A stretch of 64,000 nucleotides of DNA, from assembly GCF_008015755.1 (NCBI RefSeq), contig NZ_SSGF01000002.1, positions 60,204-124,203 on the forward strand, given 5' to 3'. The DNA comes from Methylophilus sp. (GTDB lineage Bacteria; Pseudomonadota; Gammaproteobacteria; Burkholderiales; Methylophilaceae). A program made the position numbers and the translations under genes. The notes below the pieces were generated by a model. That model ran no database searches. It saw only the letters and a program-made list of their open reading frames with translations, and was not told the origin of the DNA. Below, piece after piece: positions 21,685 to 31,709 of the stretch. Positions within the stretch are counted from its first letter, which is position 1. Every line of letters begins with the position of its first letter.

Positions 21685-23019
21685 TTAAGACTCTGGCGGC
21701 GCACCAATCAAATCATGCCCTTGTGAGTCGACGATTTGCACATCGACAAAATCGCCCGGATTCAGGCCATCGGCATCTTGCAAGTACACAATACCGTCAA
21801 TTTCCGGCGCATCACTTTTGGTCCGTGCAATGGCAATCACATTGCCGTCATCATCTTCAGTCAGTTCATCCACCAGCACGGTTTGCAGGCTACCAATCTT
21901 GGCGGCGACTTTAGCGGCACTGATACGCTCCTGCACTTCCATAAAGCGGCTTAAACGCTCTTGCTTGATCTCTTCTGCCACAGGGTCAGGCAAGGCATTT
22001 GCCGCTGCACCATCGACTGCTGAATAAGCAAAACAGCCAACGCGGTCCAACTGAGCTTCTTCCATAAAGTCGAGCAGCATTTTAAAGTCATCTTCGGTTT
22101 CACCAGGGAAGCCGACAATAAAGGTACTGCGGATGGCAATCTCAGGGCAGATATCGCGCCAGGCTTTAATACGTGCCAGGTTGTTTTCACTACTGGCCGG
22201 GCGCTTCATGGACTTGAGGATACGTGGGCTGGCGTGCTGCAATGGCACATCGAGATACGGCAAAATCGCGCCTTCGGCCATCAAGGGAATCACATCATCC
22301 ACATGTGGATACGGATAGACATAATGCAAACGTACCCATACGCCTAACTCACCCAGCGATTTACTGAGTTCTGTCATATGCGTTCTCACCGGGCGGCCAT
22401 TCCAGAAGCCTTTGCGGAACTTCATGTCTACGCCATAAGCCGAGGTATCTTGTGAAATCACCAGGATTTCTGACACGCCGGCATTGACCAGGCTTTCGGC
22501 TTCGTTGAGCACATCACCAATCGGGCGACTGACCAGGTCACCACGCATGCTAGGGATAATACAGAAGCTGCAACGGTGGTTACAGCCCTCTGAAATTTTG
22601 AGGTAGGCATAGTGCTTGGGCGTCAGGCGGATGCCTTGTGGCGGCACCAGGTCAGTATAAGGATCATGCGGCTTGGGCAAATGCGTATGCACATGGCCCA
22701 TCACTTCTTCGAGTGCATGCGGGCCGGTTACAGCCAATACACTGGGGTGCGCACCGGTCACCACATCTTTTTTAGCGCCCAGACAGCCGGTGACAATCAC
22801 CTTGCCGTTTTTATTCAGGGCTTCACCAATCGCATCCAGTGACTCCTGCACAGCGGAATCAATAAAACCGCAGGTGTTCACCACCACCAGATCTGACTGC
22901 TCATAGCTATTACTGATTTCATACCCTTCGGCACGCAACTGGGTCAAAATACGCTCGGAATCAGACCCGGCTTTTGGGCAACCCAAGGAAACAAACCCGA
23001 CTTTAGGCGAACTTTGCAT
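21685..23019 (-). CDS. rimO: Ribosomal protein S12 methylthiotransferase
   Basis: [16 protein letters not shown], radical [17 protein letters not shown]. Confidence 0.97.
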   Translation of the reverse strand: MQSSPKVGFVSLGCPKAGSDSERILTQLRAEGYEISNSYEQSDLVVVNTCGFIDSAVQESLDAIGEALNKNGKVIVTGCLGAKKDVVTGAHPSVLAVTGPHALEEVMGHVHTHLPKPHDPYTDLVPPQGIRLTPKHYAYLKISEGCNHRCSFCIIPSMRGDLVSRPIGDVLNEAESLVNAGVSEILVISQDTSAYGVDMKFRKGFWNGRPVRTHMTELSKSLGELGVWVRLHYVYPYPHVDDVIPLMAEGAILPYLDVPLQHASPRILKSMKRPASSENNLARIKAWRDICPEIAIRSTFIVGFPGETEDDFKMLLDFMEEAQLDRVGCFAYSAVDGAAANALPDPVAEEIKQERLSRFMEVQERISAAKVAAKIGSLQTVLVDELTEDDDGNVIAIARTKSDAPEIDGIVYLQDADGLNPGDFVDVQIVDSQGHDLIGAPPES

Positions 23020-23031
23020 AATGACTCTCTC

Positions 23032-23949
23032 TTAACCTTCTACCAACCATTTGGTCAGGGCGACCGATGCCACGCCCAACACAATTAACAATATCTGACT
23101 CAGGGTATCGCGCAATGCCGTACGTTTATGCAGGCCAGGGATCAAGTCTGCCACCGCCACATACAGCATACTGGCCGCGGCCAAGCTGAGAATGTACGGC
23201 ACCCACTGCTGTACCAGATTCAACGCCATATAGGCTAACAGCCCGCCTGCCAAGGTGGCCAGGCTAGAAGCGATATTAAATAAGAATGCTTTTTTCTTGC
23301 TGTAGCCCGAGTGCAGCAAAATCAAAAAATCACCGACTTCTTGTGGAATTTCATGCGCAATAATCGCCAGCGCGGTGACGAGGCCCACCTGCATATCGAC
23401 CATAAACGCCGCACAAATCAGGATACCGTCGACAAAATTGTGAAAGGTATCGCCGACTATAATCATCAGACCGCTGCGACCGCCATCATGCGCATGGCCA
23501 TGATGATGGCCAACAACCCGCGCTGGCGCTGCTTGCGGCAATTTAAACTTGATCGCGCCCTGCGGCTTTTTGTTTGCCTGCTGTGCAGGGTGTAACTCTG
23601 GGCAATGCGCCTCGTCATGCATGGCGTGCATTTCACAATGTTCACCGTGGCAATGACGCCAGAGCACCAGTTTTTCCAAAGTAAAAAACAATAAGATGCC
23701 AAACAACATGGTGGCGGTCATCGCCTCGATATTGGGGCTGGTTTCAATCGCATGCGGCAGGATTTCGAGAAACACCGCCGCCAGCAAGGCACCAATCGCA
23801 TAACTGACCAGCAAAGGCACCCAATGCTTTCTGGCGTTGAGCGCGAACACGGCTGCCACACACACACTCAACACACCACCCAGCAAGCAAGCCAGCACCA
23901 TGCCGGTGAACGGTGAAATATTTGAGAGTAATGTGGACAAATGAGGCAT
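23032..23949 (-). CDS. ZIP-family metal transporter
   Basis: HNFVDG, AHEIPQEVGDF, His/Cys-rich loop. Confidence 0.92.
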   Translation of the reverse strand: MPHLSTLLSNISPFTGMVLACLLGGVLSVCVAAVFALNARKHWVPLLVSYAIGALLAAVFLEILPHAIETSPNIEAMTATMLFGILLFFTLEKLVLWRHCHGEHCEMHAMHDEAHCPELHPAQQANKKPQGAIKFKLPQAAPARVVGHHHGHAHDGGRSGLMIIVGDTFHNFVDGILICAAFMVDMQVGLVTALAIIAHEIPQEVGDFLILLHSGYSKKKAFLFNIASSLATLAGGLLAYMALNLVQQWVPYILSLAAASMLYVAVADLIPGLHKRTALRDTLSQILLIVLGVASVALTKWLVEG

Positions 23950-24070
23950 GCCGAGTTTATGAGAGAAAGGCGCGCATTATACGTGAGTTATCAAAAAAAC
24001 AAAGCATAAACAAACAGTTATCCTTTAACACCAGGTGTTTGAACCATGTGTTTAAAAAGCGCTAAGCGCA

Positions 24071-24496
24071 CTAAATAAACTGCGCCACAATATAGCCAAT
24101 CACGATGCCGACCAGTAAGGCCATGGTCAAGCCGCGATAGGTCAACACATCGCGTGAATAGCCACGGCGGATGGCGACATAAGACACCAGATAGCCCATG
24201 GCATTGAGCAACCAGATAAAGCCGAAACTCAATATCTTGACAATAATGGGGCCGATCAGTGGCACCAGGCCGATCATGCCGACCAGCCAGACAAATAGCC
24301 CAGTGACCAAACCAACCAGCACGGCCACACCTGCTAATACGCGGGCGTCCCAATTCAGATAAATACCAGCAGCGATTAATGCTGTCAGGCCTATCACCAG
24401 CACGATATTCGGCCAGACCCGTTGACCACTCATCAGTGGGTCGATACCGGTACTAAAGTTGGCCGGATGGCGCCTGATACGTAATCGTTTGAGCAT
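24071..24496 (-). CDS. Hypothetical membrane protein
   Basis: Several hydrophobic helices; start placed at ATG 24496, just after the HAD gene stop. Confidence 0.65.
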   Translation of the reverse strand: MLKRLRIRRHPANFSTGIDPLMSGQRVWPNIVLVIGLTALIAAGIYLNWDARVLAGVAVLVGLVTGLFVWLVGMIGLVPLIGPIIVKILSFGFIWLLNAMGYLVSYVAIRRGYSRDVLTYRGLTMALLVGIVIGYIVAQFI

Positions 24497-24507
24497 GATA
24501 GAAGCGT

Positions 24508-25155
24508 CTATAAAGTTGAGATTAAACCAGCCAGGTCTTGCACCTTGGCGCAGCTTTGCCAATGCGGTTTGCGCATGGCCACATCGCCTGCATAGCCCCA
24601 GCTCACCAGGGCAAAATCCATCTGGTTGGCATCAGCCGAGATGCCGTCTTCCAGGCGGTCGCCAATATACAAACAGTCCTCTACGGCTAGCGCATTATCG
24701 GCCACCACGCGCCCTATCATCTCGGCTTTGGATTTGAGTGGCGGGTTAAAGTAATCCAATGCATACACGCCGGTGAAAAATGCCTGCCAACCCAGATGCG
24801 CCATGATTCTTTCCGTGGGGTAAAAGCGCTTGTTGGTCGCAATATACAACTGGTAGCCTTGGTCTTTGAGTTGCTGCAACAAGGCTGTCACACCGTCAAA
24901 CACCACCGACTCCAGGCAACCCGTCGTGTCGTAATGCTGCTTAAATGCTGAGGCCAGCATATTCAATAACGCAGCATCCTCATTTTCAGAAAGCCGTTTT
25001 AAGGTCTCCATTAAAGGCGGGCCAATCACATCATGCGTTAACGGTGCCGCTAAAGGCGTATTGGTGGTGCTAAATGCCAGACCAAAACAATGCAAAATAC
25101 TAGGCGCAGAATCGATTAATGTGCCATCTAAATCAAAAATTAAATGCTGTTTCAT
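24508..25155 (-). CDS. HAD-family hydrolase (Gph-like)
   Basis: IFDLDGTLIDS, ATNK, YIGD..EDG. Confidence 0.88.
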   Translation of the reverse strand: MKQHLIFDLDGTLIDSAPSILHCFGLAFSTTNTPLAAPLTHDVIGPPLMETLKRLSENEDAALLNMLASAFKQHYDTTGCLESVVFDGVTALLQQLKDQGYQLYIATNKRFYPTERIMAHLGWQAFFTGVYALDYFNPPLKSKAEMIGRVVADNALAVEDCLYIGDRLEDGISADANQMDFALVSWGYAGDVAMRKPHWQSCAKVQDLAGLISTL

Positions 25156-25197
25156 AAATAAGGTTATTGAGTCTTTGGAATGACTTTTTAATTGTTA

Positions 25198-25282
25198 GCC
25201 ACAGAGGTCACAGAGCACACAGAGGAAACAAAAAAACATCATTCACAATGCTTTTCTCTGTGAACGCTGTGTTCTCTGTGGC
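25198..25282. repeat. Imperfect inverted repeat of 9-nt periodic CACAGAG units (REP/MITE-like)
   Basis: Left arm gccacagag-gtcacagag-cacacagag; the right arm reverse-complements to gccacagag-aacacagcg-ttcacagag; about 30-nt A/T-rich spacer. Confidence 0.8.
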
Positions 25283-25290
25283 AAAAATAT

Positions 25291-26022
25291 TTATTCCAGC
25301 CAGATGAAACACCCCATGCGGCCAGTATCACCATCGCGGCGGTAGCTGAAAAAGGTCTCAGGTTCATTAAATGTGCAGCATCCGCCGCCATACACCTGCG
25401 TGATGCCGAGGGTTTGCAGGCGCTGCCTGGCTATCGCATATAAATCACCTAGCCATTTGTCACCCTTGGGTTGAAAGGCAAGCTCAGCCTGCGCGTCTTG
25501 CGCGATAAACTGCGCCCTCACCTCGCCGCCAACTTCAAAGGCCTCAGGACCAATCGCGGGACCTAACCAGGCCATAAGTTGGCTAGCCTGCACTGGCATG
25601 GCAGCCACTGTTGCTTCAATCACGCCATCACACAAACTGCGCCAACCGGCATGAATCGCCGCCACAGCCGTGCCCGCCTGATCACACAACAACACCGGCA
25701 AGCAATCTGCGGTCATGGTCACACACACCACCTGCTTGCGCGTAGCAAAGCTGGCATCAGCACTTTCCAGACAAGACGACAAAGCGGCGTCGATCACGCG
25801 TACGCCATGCACCTGATTGAGCCACACCGGCTCACTGGGCAGGTAGCCGCTCAGTAATTGACGATTAGCCGCGACATGCTGGGGATGGTCTTTGACATGG
25901 TCACCTAAGTTCAAGCTGGCATACACACCCGTACTCACCCCGCCATTGCGCGTGGTCTGCAATGCTTTCACATTGACAGGCGCAGGCCAGTCAGGCGTGA
26001 TGAATGTCAACGCTGCCATCAC
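25291..26022 (-). CDS. pgeF: PgeF/YfiH purine nucleoside phosphorylase-like protein
   Basis: LNQVHG, TADCLPVL, IHAGWR, FFSYRR; overlaps the rluD stop. Confidence 0.95.
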   Translation of the reverse strand: MMAALTFITPDWPAPVNVKALQTTRNGGVSTGVYASLNLGDHVKDHPQHVAANRQLLSGYLPSEPVWLNQVHGVRVIDAALSSCLESADASFATRKQVVCVTMTADCLPVLLCDQAGTAVAAIHAGWRSLCDGVIEATVAAMPVQASQLMAWLGPAIGPEAFEVGGEVRAQFIAQDAQAELAFQPKGDKWLGDLYAIARQRLQTLGITQVYGGGCCTFNEPETFFSYRRDGDTGRMGCFIWLE

Positions 26023-27128
26023 TCGTCCTCATCGACCCAGTCTTCGTCCAGGTCATCCTCAGACGCATCAAAGTCGTCGTCGCCCCAATCTTCGTCATCG
26101 TCACCGACAAACAGGCCGTTTTCATCGACATTAAAATCTGGCGGCGGCAACTCTTCTACCGGTTTGACCACGCGCATGGCTTCCAGCAGCTCACGCATAT
26201 CGTCGGCCAATTCAATCTGCCATTCCATCGGCTCATTGGTCACCGGGTGAATCAAGCCCAGTTTGATCGCATGTAGCGCTTGGCGCTTAAAGCTACCGAT
26301 GACTTCGCGCAGCTCTGGCGTCATCATTTTGTGCGGAATAATATTGCCGATGCCATACATCGGGTCACCGACCATGGGCGCTTTTAAATGCTGTAAATGC
26401 ACGCGAATCTGGTGCGTGCGGCCAGTTTCGAGATTACAGCGCAAATAAGTATTGGTGCCAAAGCGCTCCAGAATCTCATAATGCGTGATGGCTGGGCGAC
26501 CACGACGAATCACCGCCATTTTGGTGCGATGATGCGGGTGGCGACCCACCGGCTGGTCAACCTTGCCATTACGCCACAATTGCCCCCAGACAATCGCGCG
26601 GTACTCGCGCTTGACCGTACGCGCCTGCAACTGGCGCACCAGGCTGGTTTGTGCCTCCAGTGTTTTGGCCACCACCAGCAAGCCACTGGTATCTTTATCC
26701 AGCCGATGCACAATCCCGGCACGGGGCACATTTTTGAGTATTGGCCAATGAAACAGCAAGGCATTGAGCAAAGTGCCACTCCAGTTACCGGCGGCCGGAT
26801 GCACCACCAGCCCGGCGGGCTTATTAATAATGATCAGCGTATCGTCTTCGTAGACTACATCCAGCGGGATATCTTCAGGTTCAAACGCATTTTCCTGCGC
26901 ATTTTTGGGCGGCGTGATGTCCAGTTTTTCACCGCCCCAAACCTTGGTTTTAGCAGTGGTTGCCTTGCCATCCAGCAAGACCAGTTCCTCTTTGATCCAT
27001 GCCTGTAATCGGCTGCGAGAATGATCTGGCAACATTTGCTGCAAAGCCAGATCGAGACGCTGCCCGCCGAGATTGCCAGGAACGACCAGATGTAAGGAGG
27101 CGCTTTCTTTCATATTTTCAAACAGCAT
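26019..27128 (-). CDS. rluD: 23S rRNA pseudouridine synthase D
   Basis: S4 domain, GIVHRLDKDTSG, LETGRTHQIRVH; divergent from bamD; acidic C-terminal tail. Confidence 0.96.
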   Translation of the reverse strand: MLFENMKESASLHLVVPGNLGGQRLDLALQQMLPDHSRSRLQAWIKEELVLLDGKATTAKTKVWGGEKLDITPPKNAQENAFEPEDIPLDVVYEDDTLIIINKPAGLVVHPAAGNWSGTLLNALLFHWPILKNVPRAGIVHRLDKDTSGLLVVAKTLEAQTSLVRQLQARTVKREYRAIVWGQLWRNGKVDQPVGRHPHHRTKMAVIRRGRPAITHYEILERFGTNTYLRCNLETGRTHQIRVHLQHLKAPMVGDPMYGIGNIIPHKMMTPELREVIGSFKRQALHAIKLGLIHPVTNEPMEWQIELADDMRELLEAMRVVKPVEELPPPDFNVDENGLFVGDDDEDWGDDDFDASEDDLDEDWVDEDE

Positions 27129-27175
27129 CAGTTATAATGCCCTGAGTTTCCTTTGATAAAACAACATTAAACAAC

Positions 27176-28009
27176 ATGCTTCGCATTTTACCGCTTAACA
27201 CCCTGTTCACGCGTGCTTTTATTTTAATCACCGCGCTGACCTTGAGTGCTTGTGCCATTTTCGGCAACCCGAATCCACCGGATGAGACCAAAGGCTGGGC
27301 AGAACAACGGCTTTATGCTGCTGGCCAGGAAAAGATGGCCGACAAAAACTATGACAAGGCGATTGAGTATTTTCAGAAGCTGGAAGCGCGCTATCCGCAT
27401 GGCGCTTATGCCACACAAGCGCAGCTAGAAGTCGCTTATGCCTACTATAAAAAAACTGAGCCGGTATTATGCTTGTCCGCCGTTGACCGTTTTATCAAAC
27501 TCCACCCTAACCACCCTAACCTTGATTACGCCTACTACCTGAAGGGCCTGGCTACCTTTAACGAGCGCGGCATCATGGAGAAATACACCAAACAGGAAAT
27601 CAACGACCGCGACCCAAAAACCTTGCGCGTCTCGTTTAACGCCTTTAAAGAGCTGGTTGAGCGTTTTCCTACCAGCCGTTATGCCAAAGACTCAACGCAG
27701 CGCATGATTTACCTGGTCAATACGCTGGCCATGCACGAAATGCACGTTGCGCGCTATTACATGCAACGTAAAGCCTATGTGGCTGCGTTAAACCGCTCCA
27801 GATATGTGCTGGAAACCTATCCCAACTCTGTCGCAGTTGAAGACGCCCTGGTGACCATGATCAGCGCCTATGACGCCATGGACATGACTGATCTCAAAGG
27901 CGATACGCTGCGTATTCTCAAAACTAACTATCCTGAAAACCCGATGGTCACCGGCAAGATCAATGAAGACGAAAAAATCTGGTGGAAGTTCTGGGAAAGC
28001 CTGTATTAA
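27176..28009 (+). CDS. bamD: Outer membrane assembly lipoprotein BamD
   Basis: Lipobox LSAC, TPR repeats, HPNHPNLDYAYY, HEMHVARYY. Confidence 0.96.
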   Translation: MLRILPLNTLFTRAFILITALTLSACAIFGNPNPPDETKGWAEQRLYAAGQEKMADKNYDKAIEYFQKLEARYPHGAYATQAQLEVAYAYYKKTEPVLCLSAVDRFIKLHPNHPNLDYAYYLKGLATFNERGIMEKYTKQEINDRDPKTLRVSFNAFKELVERFPTSRYAKDSTQRMIYLVNTLAMHEMHVARYYMQRKAYVAALNRSRYVLETYPNSVAVEDALVTMISAYDAMDMTDLKGDTLRILKTNYPENPMVTGKINEDEKIWWKFWESLY

Positions 28010-28053
28010 AACAACGGTTTAAAAAAATCATTTCACTTGATGATTTAAAATAT

Positions 28054-28083
28054 AAAAAACGCCAGTCAATCTGGCGTTTTTTT
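28054..28083. terminator. Bidirectional terminator
   Basis: A6-cgccag-tcaat-ctggcg-T7. Confidence 0.85.
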
Positions 28084-28092
28084 ATTGTCTGG

Positions 28093-28521
28093 TTACATTT
28101 CGTCGGCAGTGCATTGCGCGGACTCTGCCGCAAAAGCCTCCAGCTCAAATGGATTATCATCATAAATATGGCGACCACGCATCCATTGCCATACACCCGC
28201 CAGCAAATACGCTGGCACAAAAAACAGCCCCCAACGCTCTGCCTGGCGAACATGCACGTGCTCATGCGCGCGCAAGCGGCGCAAGCACTCTGCTGAATGC
28301 CCAAGCACCACATGGCCCAAGGTCAACGCCGCAAAACCGCTGATGCGTGTCAGCTTATTCGCCAGCCAACCATCCGAGACTTCCAATACGCCATCCACGG
28401 TTCGCGCACTAGCGCCTGTGAGCAATAACACACTCGCAAAGAGCAGCCCCAGCACGCTGGTGGGCGATGCCCAGGCATAACGCAACCAATGCTTGAGCAA
28501 CACTATGACCTGGCCTGACAC
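28093..28521 (-). CDS. Hypothetical membrane protein with HExxH motif
   Basis: ALTLGHVVLG...HEHVHVRQ.ERWG..Y.DNPFE. Confidence 0.72.
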   Translation of the reverse strand: MSGQVIVLLKHWLRYAWASPTSVLGLLFASVLLLTGASARTVDGVLEVSDGWLANKLTRISGFAALTLGHVVLGHSAECLRRLRAHEHVHVRQAERWGLFFVPAYLLAGVWQWMRGRHIYDDNPFELEAFAAESAQCTADEM

Positions 28522-28820
28522 TGTATTGCAGCCATACGACCAATCTCCACCGTCAAGGCATCGCCTTTACCACGGATGGTATTCGGCCCGTTGCTGTAGA
28601 TAAAGCCTGAGCTACTGGGCTGTTGTGGCAGCCTGATTTCGTTTTGTCCACGGATCAGCACAGCGCTGGCAGGTGCAGCCTCAAAGCGTACGCGCATCAC
28701 TTCACCGTTTTGGCAATCAAACACCACGGCCTCTGGCGCTGCTAAGGGCTGCTTGGCGATACAGCCTGCAAGCATTAAGGCTAAACAGGCATGAGGTCGC
28801 ACAGCCATCGCCCTACTCAT
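28503..28820 (-). CDS. MliC/PliC-like lysozyme-inhibitor lipoprotein
   Basis: Lipobox [29 protein letters not shown], terminal Cys; start overlaps the ynfA stop (ATGA). Confidence 0.75.
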   Translation of the reverse strand: MSRAMAVRPHACLALMLAGCIAKQPLAAPEAVVFDCQNGEVMRVRFEAAPASAVLIRGQNEIRLPQQPSSSGFIYSNGPNTIRGKGDALTVEIGRMAAIQCQARS

Positions 28821-29143
28821 GCTGACCTCGGTGCAAACATAATCATGGCCATGCCGAGCATCGCCACCCCAGCCCCTAACAGATCCCAGCCGGTCGGTTT
28901 GATGCCGTCCACCACCCATAACCACAGAATCGCCACGCCGATATACACACCCCCATAAGCCGCATAAATGCGGCCAGCCGCCGTTGGATGCAACGTCAGC
29001 AACCAAGCAAACAACGCCAGACTCGCAGCGGCAGGCAATAACAGCCATGCGCTCTTGCCTGCTTTTAACCATAGATAAGGCAAATAGCAGCCGACGATTT
29101 CGGCCACGGCGGTCAAGGCAAATAAAAATAATGTTTTAAGCAC
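28817..29143 (-). CDS. ynfA: YnfA (UPF0060) SMR-family membrane protein
   Basis: [27 protein letters not shown]. Confidence 0.92.
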   Translation of the reverse strand: MLKTLFLFALTAVAEIVGCYLPYLWLKAGKSAWLLLPAAASLALFAWLLTLHPTAAGRIYAAYGGVYIGVAILWLWVVDGIKPTGWDLLGAGVAMLGMAMIMFAPRSA

Positions 29144-29212
29144 AAAACGCCTCTCAAGGGGAAACCAACGGTATAGGTTTCAGACTAAGGGTAATAGTCG
29201 CATGATCATACT

Positions 29213-29617
29213 TTATGCCTTAAAAGTTTTTGACTCACTTTTTTGCTTTAAACGATATTGCAACCAGTAAAAGATCGCACCAACCAGCAAGTTGAGGCTG
29301 GCCTGCAGCAATGGCAAAAATAGAAAAATCAGGCTCCCCTGGGCGTCCGGGTACATCACCAGCGTTTGCCAGTAGATCCAGGCCACCACCAGCACCTCAA
29401 ACAAACTAAAGCGCAGCCAGCGTTTAAGAACATCTATACAGTCAAAAAAGAAGCGCCCGGCAAATATCACCACATAAGGCAGGACGGTCCATAGCGTCAT
29501 CAGCAACCCGGTACGATGACTGAGAAATCGCAAACCACTGGCGGCATACACCTCAAAACTGATGGCAATCAGCGCACCGGCCAGGGCAGTTAACGAAATA
29601 GCGTGGTGAATGCGCAT
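29213..29617 (-). CDS. Hypothetical membrane protein (about 4 TM)
   Basis: Hydrophobic ORF with DAQGSLIFLFLP motif, 6 nt after the upstream stop. Confidence 0.7.
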   Translation of the reverse strand: MRIHHAISLTALAGALIAISFEVYAASGLRFLSHRTGLLMTLWTVLPYVVIFAGRFFFDCIDVLKRWLRFSLFEVLVVAWIYWQTLVMYPDAQGSLIFLFLPLLQASLNLLVGAIFYWLQYRLKQKSESKTFKA

Positions 29618-29623
29618 AAGGCC

Positions 29624-29929
29624 TTAAGAAAGTTGTACCCAACGATAGTTTTTGATTTTACCCGGCGGCAAATCAAACGAGCGTGTGCCAGACAAAGTAA
29701 AAGAAGCGCCAGTGGCCACAGACGTTGGCGCATCAATCACAGCAGTTGGCTTGGATTGATCGACCACAATCACATCTACCATCGCCGGGTCAGACTGATT
29801 GCCAGCGTCATCTTCTACAATCAGCTGAAAACGGTGCCTGCCGGGCGGCAAAGGGTTGGCTGCATCAATCGTGACTTCAATGGTCGGCGTATTGGTTCTG
29901 ATTTCCTGCCCAGTCGTAAACTTTGCCAT
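29624..29929 (-). CDS. Small Ig-like/PKD-like beta-sandwich protein
   Basis: FQLIVEDDAGNQS, PTAVIDAP, FTLSG.RS.D..GKI..YRW; AGGAG RBS. Confidence 0.72.
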   Translation of the reverse strand: MAKFTTGQEIRTNTPTIEVTIDAANPLPPGRHRFQLIVEDDAGNQSDPAMVDVIVVDQSKPTAVIDAPTSVATGASFTLSGTRSFDLPPGKIKNYRWVQLS

Positions 29930-30035
29930 ATGAACTCCTTATGATTCAGAAAAACGTGTGAAGCTGCCTGCCATACAATGTATGCCAGATTGCCTTCAGC
30001 GGCAAGCAAGGCTTGCAAAAACAAACGCTTACAGA

Positions 30036-31322
30036 TTATTCCTGTTCTGAAATCAGCAGTTGATTATGGTCGGTTTTAAGGTAAAAAGTACCGTTCTGGT
30101 CAATCTGAATTGCACGTATGCGATAGCCACTCAACACCGGCTCGGCGTACACCAGCGCACTGCCTTCCTTACGCACGCGATAAAGCGTGGTATTACCCAT
30201 GCCAGCCACAAACAAGTCGTTATCCCAAAAATCATTGCGGCCGGTAGAAGGATATTTCACCAACGGACCTATGCCGATGGAAGGCACGAAGGTCATCGCC
30301 GGTTTTTCGTAACCCTCATGGCTATTGAATTTGTTGCCGTAGTAGCCGCTCATGCCATCGCGCTCGTAAATCGTGCCATAGCTGACGATCGGCCAGCCGT
30401 AGTTTTTGCCGCGTTTGATCAGGTTAATTTCGTCGCCGCCGCGCGGGCCGTGGTCGGTGAGCCACAACTCATTGCTTTCACGGTCAAAATACAGGCCGCC
30501 AGAAGGCGAGCGAAAGCCTGAGGCATAGACCTCGGCATTGAGGCGTTGCAAATCAATGCGCACCACTTTACCTAAGGAGGTTGTTTTATCTTGCACGCGG
30601 TCAGGCTTGGAAAAATCCCCCAGGCTGAAGTACAAAGTGCGCTCGTTCTCGCCCAGCGCTAACTTGCCGCCAACCTGATGGCCCAAAATCGGCTCTTTAA
30701 TCGCCGGGCGGCTGATATAAATCTCGCGATTAAAACTGACTTCGCTGTTTTCCACATCGACCTCAAACTCACTCACCGCCAGCCGCACCCCATTATTCGC
30801 CTCATCCCAGGCGGTATAAGCCACATACAGGGTTTTGCCAATCAGCAAAGAATCTTTTACGCCAGACAATTCACGGCAATACACCAATTGCTTGCTGCTG
30901 CTTTCATCGGCTGAAGTTTCACCACCAGGGATAAATTTCGCCAGGGGTTTACCAGGCTTCACCAGCTCCATGCTGTCGTTCTGGCGTACAAAAAATACCT
31001 CGCCACACTTGCTGATAAACAAAAACAGTTTTTTATCCAGCCGCTCAAACGGGCCGGATGGATACTGATCTTCAAACGGTAATTTGTATTCCTTGAGCGT
31101 TTGCGTACCAAACACAGAAGTGATTCTGGGGGGCTCCGGCGCTTTGTTAGCTTCTTTATCGGCCTCCGCTGCCTCACTGCCAGACAGCAGCAATCTAGGC
31201 ACCACATCGTCAGCTGCCAATGCGGTCACGGTCACGACAGCACTTAAACACAAGGTAACAACAACATGAAACGCCCTCAGGGCAGCGGCTGCGATTGAAC
31301 ATCGCTGATTAGAATAATGCAA
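30036..31322 (-). CDS. PQQ-dependent sugar dehydrogenase (soluble GDH/Asd family)
   Basis: GHQVGGKL, GFRSP, DHGPRGGDEINLIKRGKNYGWP, RIRAI. Confidence 0.85.
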   Translation of the reverse strand: MHYSNQRCSIAAAALRAFHVVVTLCLSAVVTVTALAADDVVPRLLLSGSEAAEADKEANKAPEPPRITSVFGTQTLKEYKLPFEDQYPSGPFERLDKKLFLFISKCGEVFFVRQNDSMELVKPGKPLAKFIPGGETSADESSSKQLVYCRELSGVKDSLLIGKTLYVAYTAWDEANNGVRLAVSEFEVDVENSEVSFNREIYISRPAIKEPILGHQVGGKLALGENERTLYFSLGDFSKPDRVQDKTTSLGKVVRIDLQRLNAEVYASGFRSPSGGLYFDRESNELWLTDHGPRGGDEINLIKRGKNYGWPIVSYGTIYERDGMSGYYGNKFNSHEGYEKPAMTFVPSIGIGPLVKYPSTGRNDFWDNDLFVAGMGNTTLYRVRKEGSALVYAEPVLSGYRIRAIQIDQNGTFYLKTDHNQLLISEQE

Positions 31323-31424
31323 AACAAGACTCTCCGTTAGCTGGCTTTTTTTTCGAGTCCCCCATCCAAAAAAAGTTTATACCATCTTATTTATTAATAT
31401 TTTATTTTCAAACAAATCATTCAC

Positions 31425-31688
31425 TTATTTATCTTTATTAATGTACTTTGTCACTAGTATTTTCAATGCCAACGCTGCAATCATGACGCCCCAGGCCGCC
31501 AGTGTCAGCTTGATAAACGCCGCAAATGCATCCTGCTGGCAAACCACTTGCAACAAAGAAAAGGCATCCTCACAGCCAAAGGCCACCACTGCAAACGCAA
31601 AGCCCGGCCCCAGGTGCAAAATCGTCAACCCATAAATCAAACCACGTAACAACACAGACTCCAACACGAAAATGTAAACATCCAGCAA
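31425..31688 (-). CDS. Hypothetical small membrane protein
   Basis: Hydrophobic 87-aa ORF filling the gap, co-oriented with its neighbours. Confidence 0.45.
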   Translation of the reverse strand: MLDVYIFVLESVLLRGLIYGLTILHLGPGFAFAVVAFGCEDAFSLLQVVCQQDAFAAFIKLTLAAWGVMIAALALKILVTKYINKDK

Positions 31689-31709
31689 TCATTTCAAGCA
31701 CAGCAGCCA

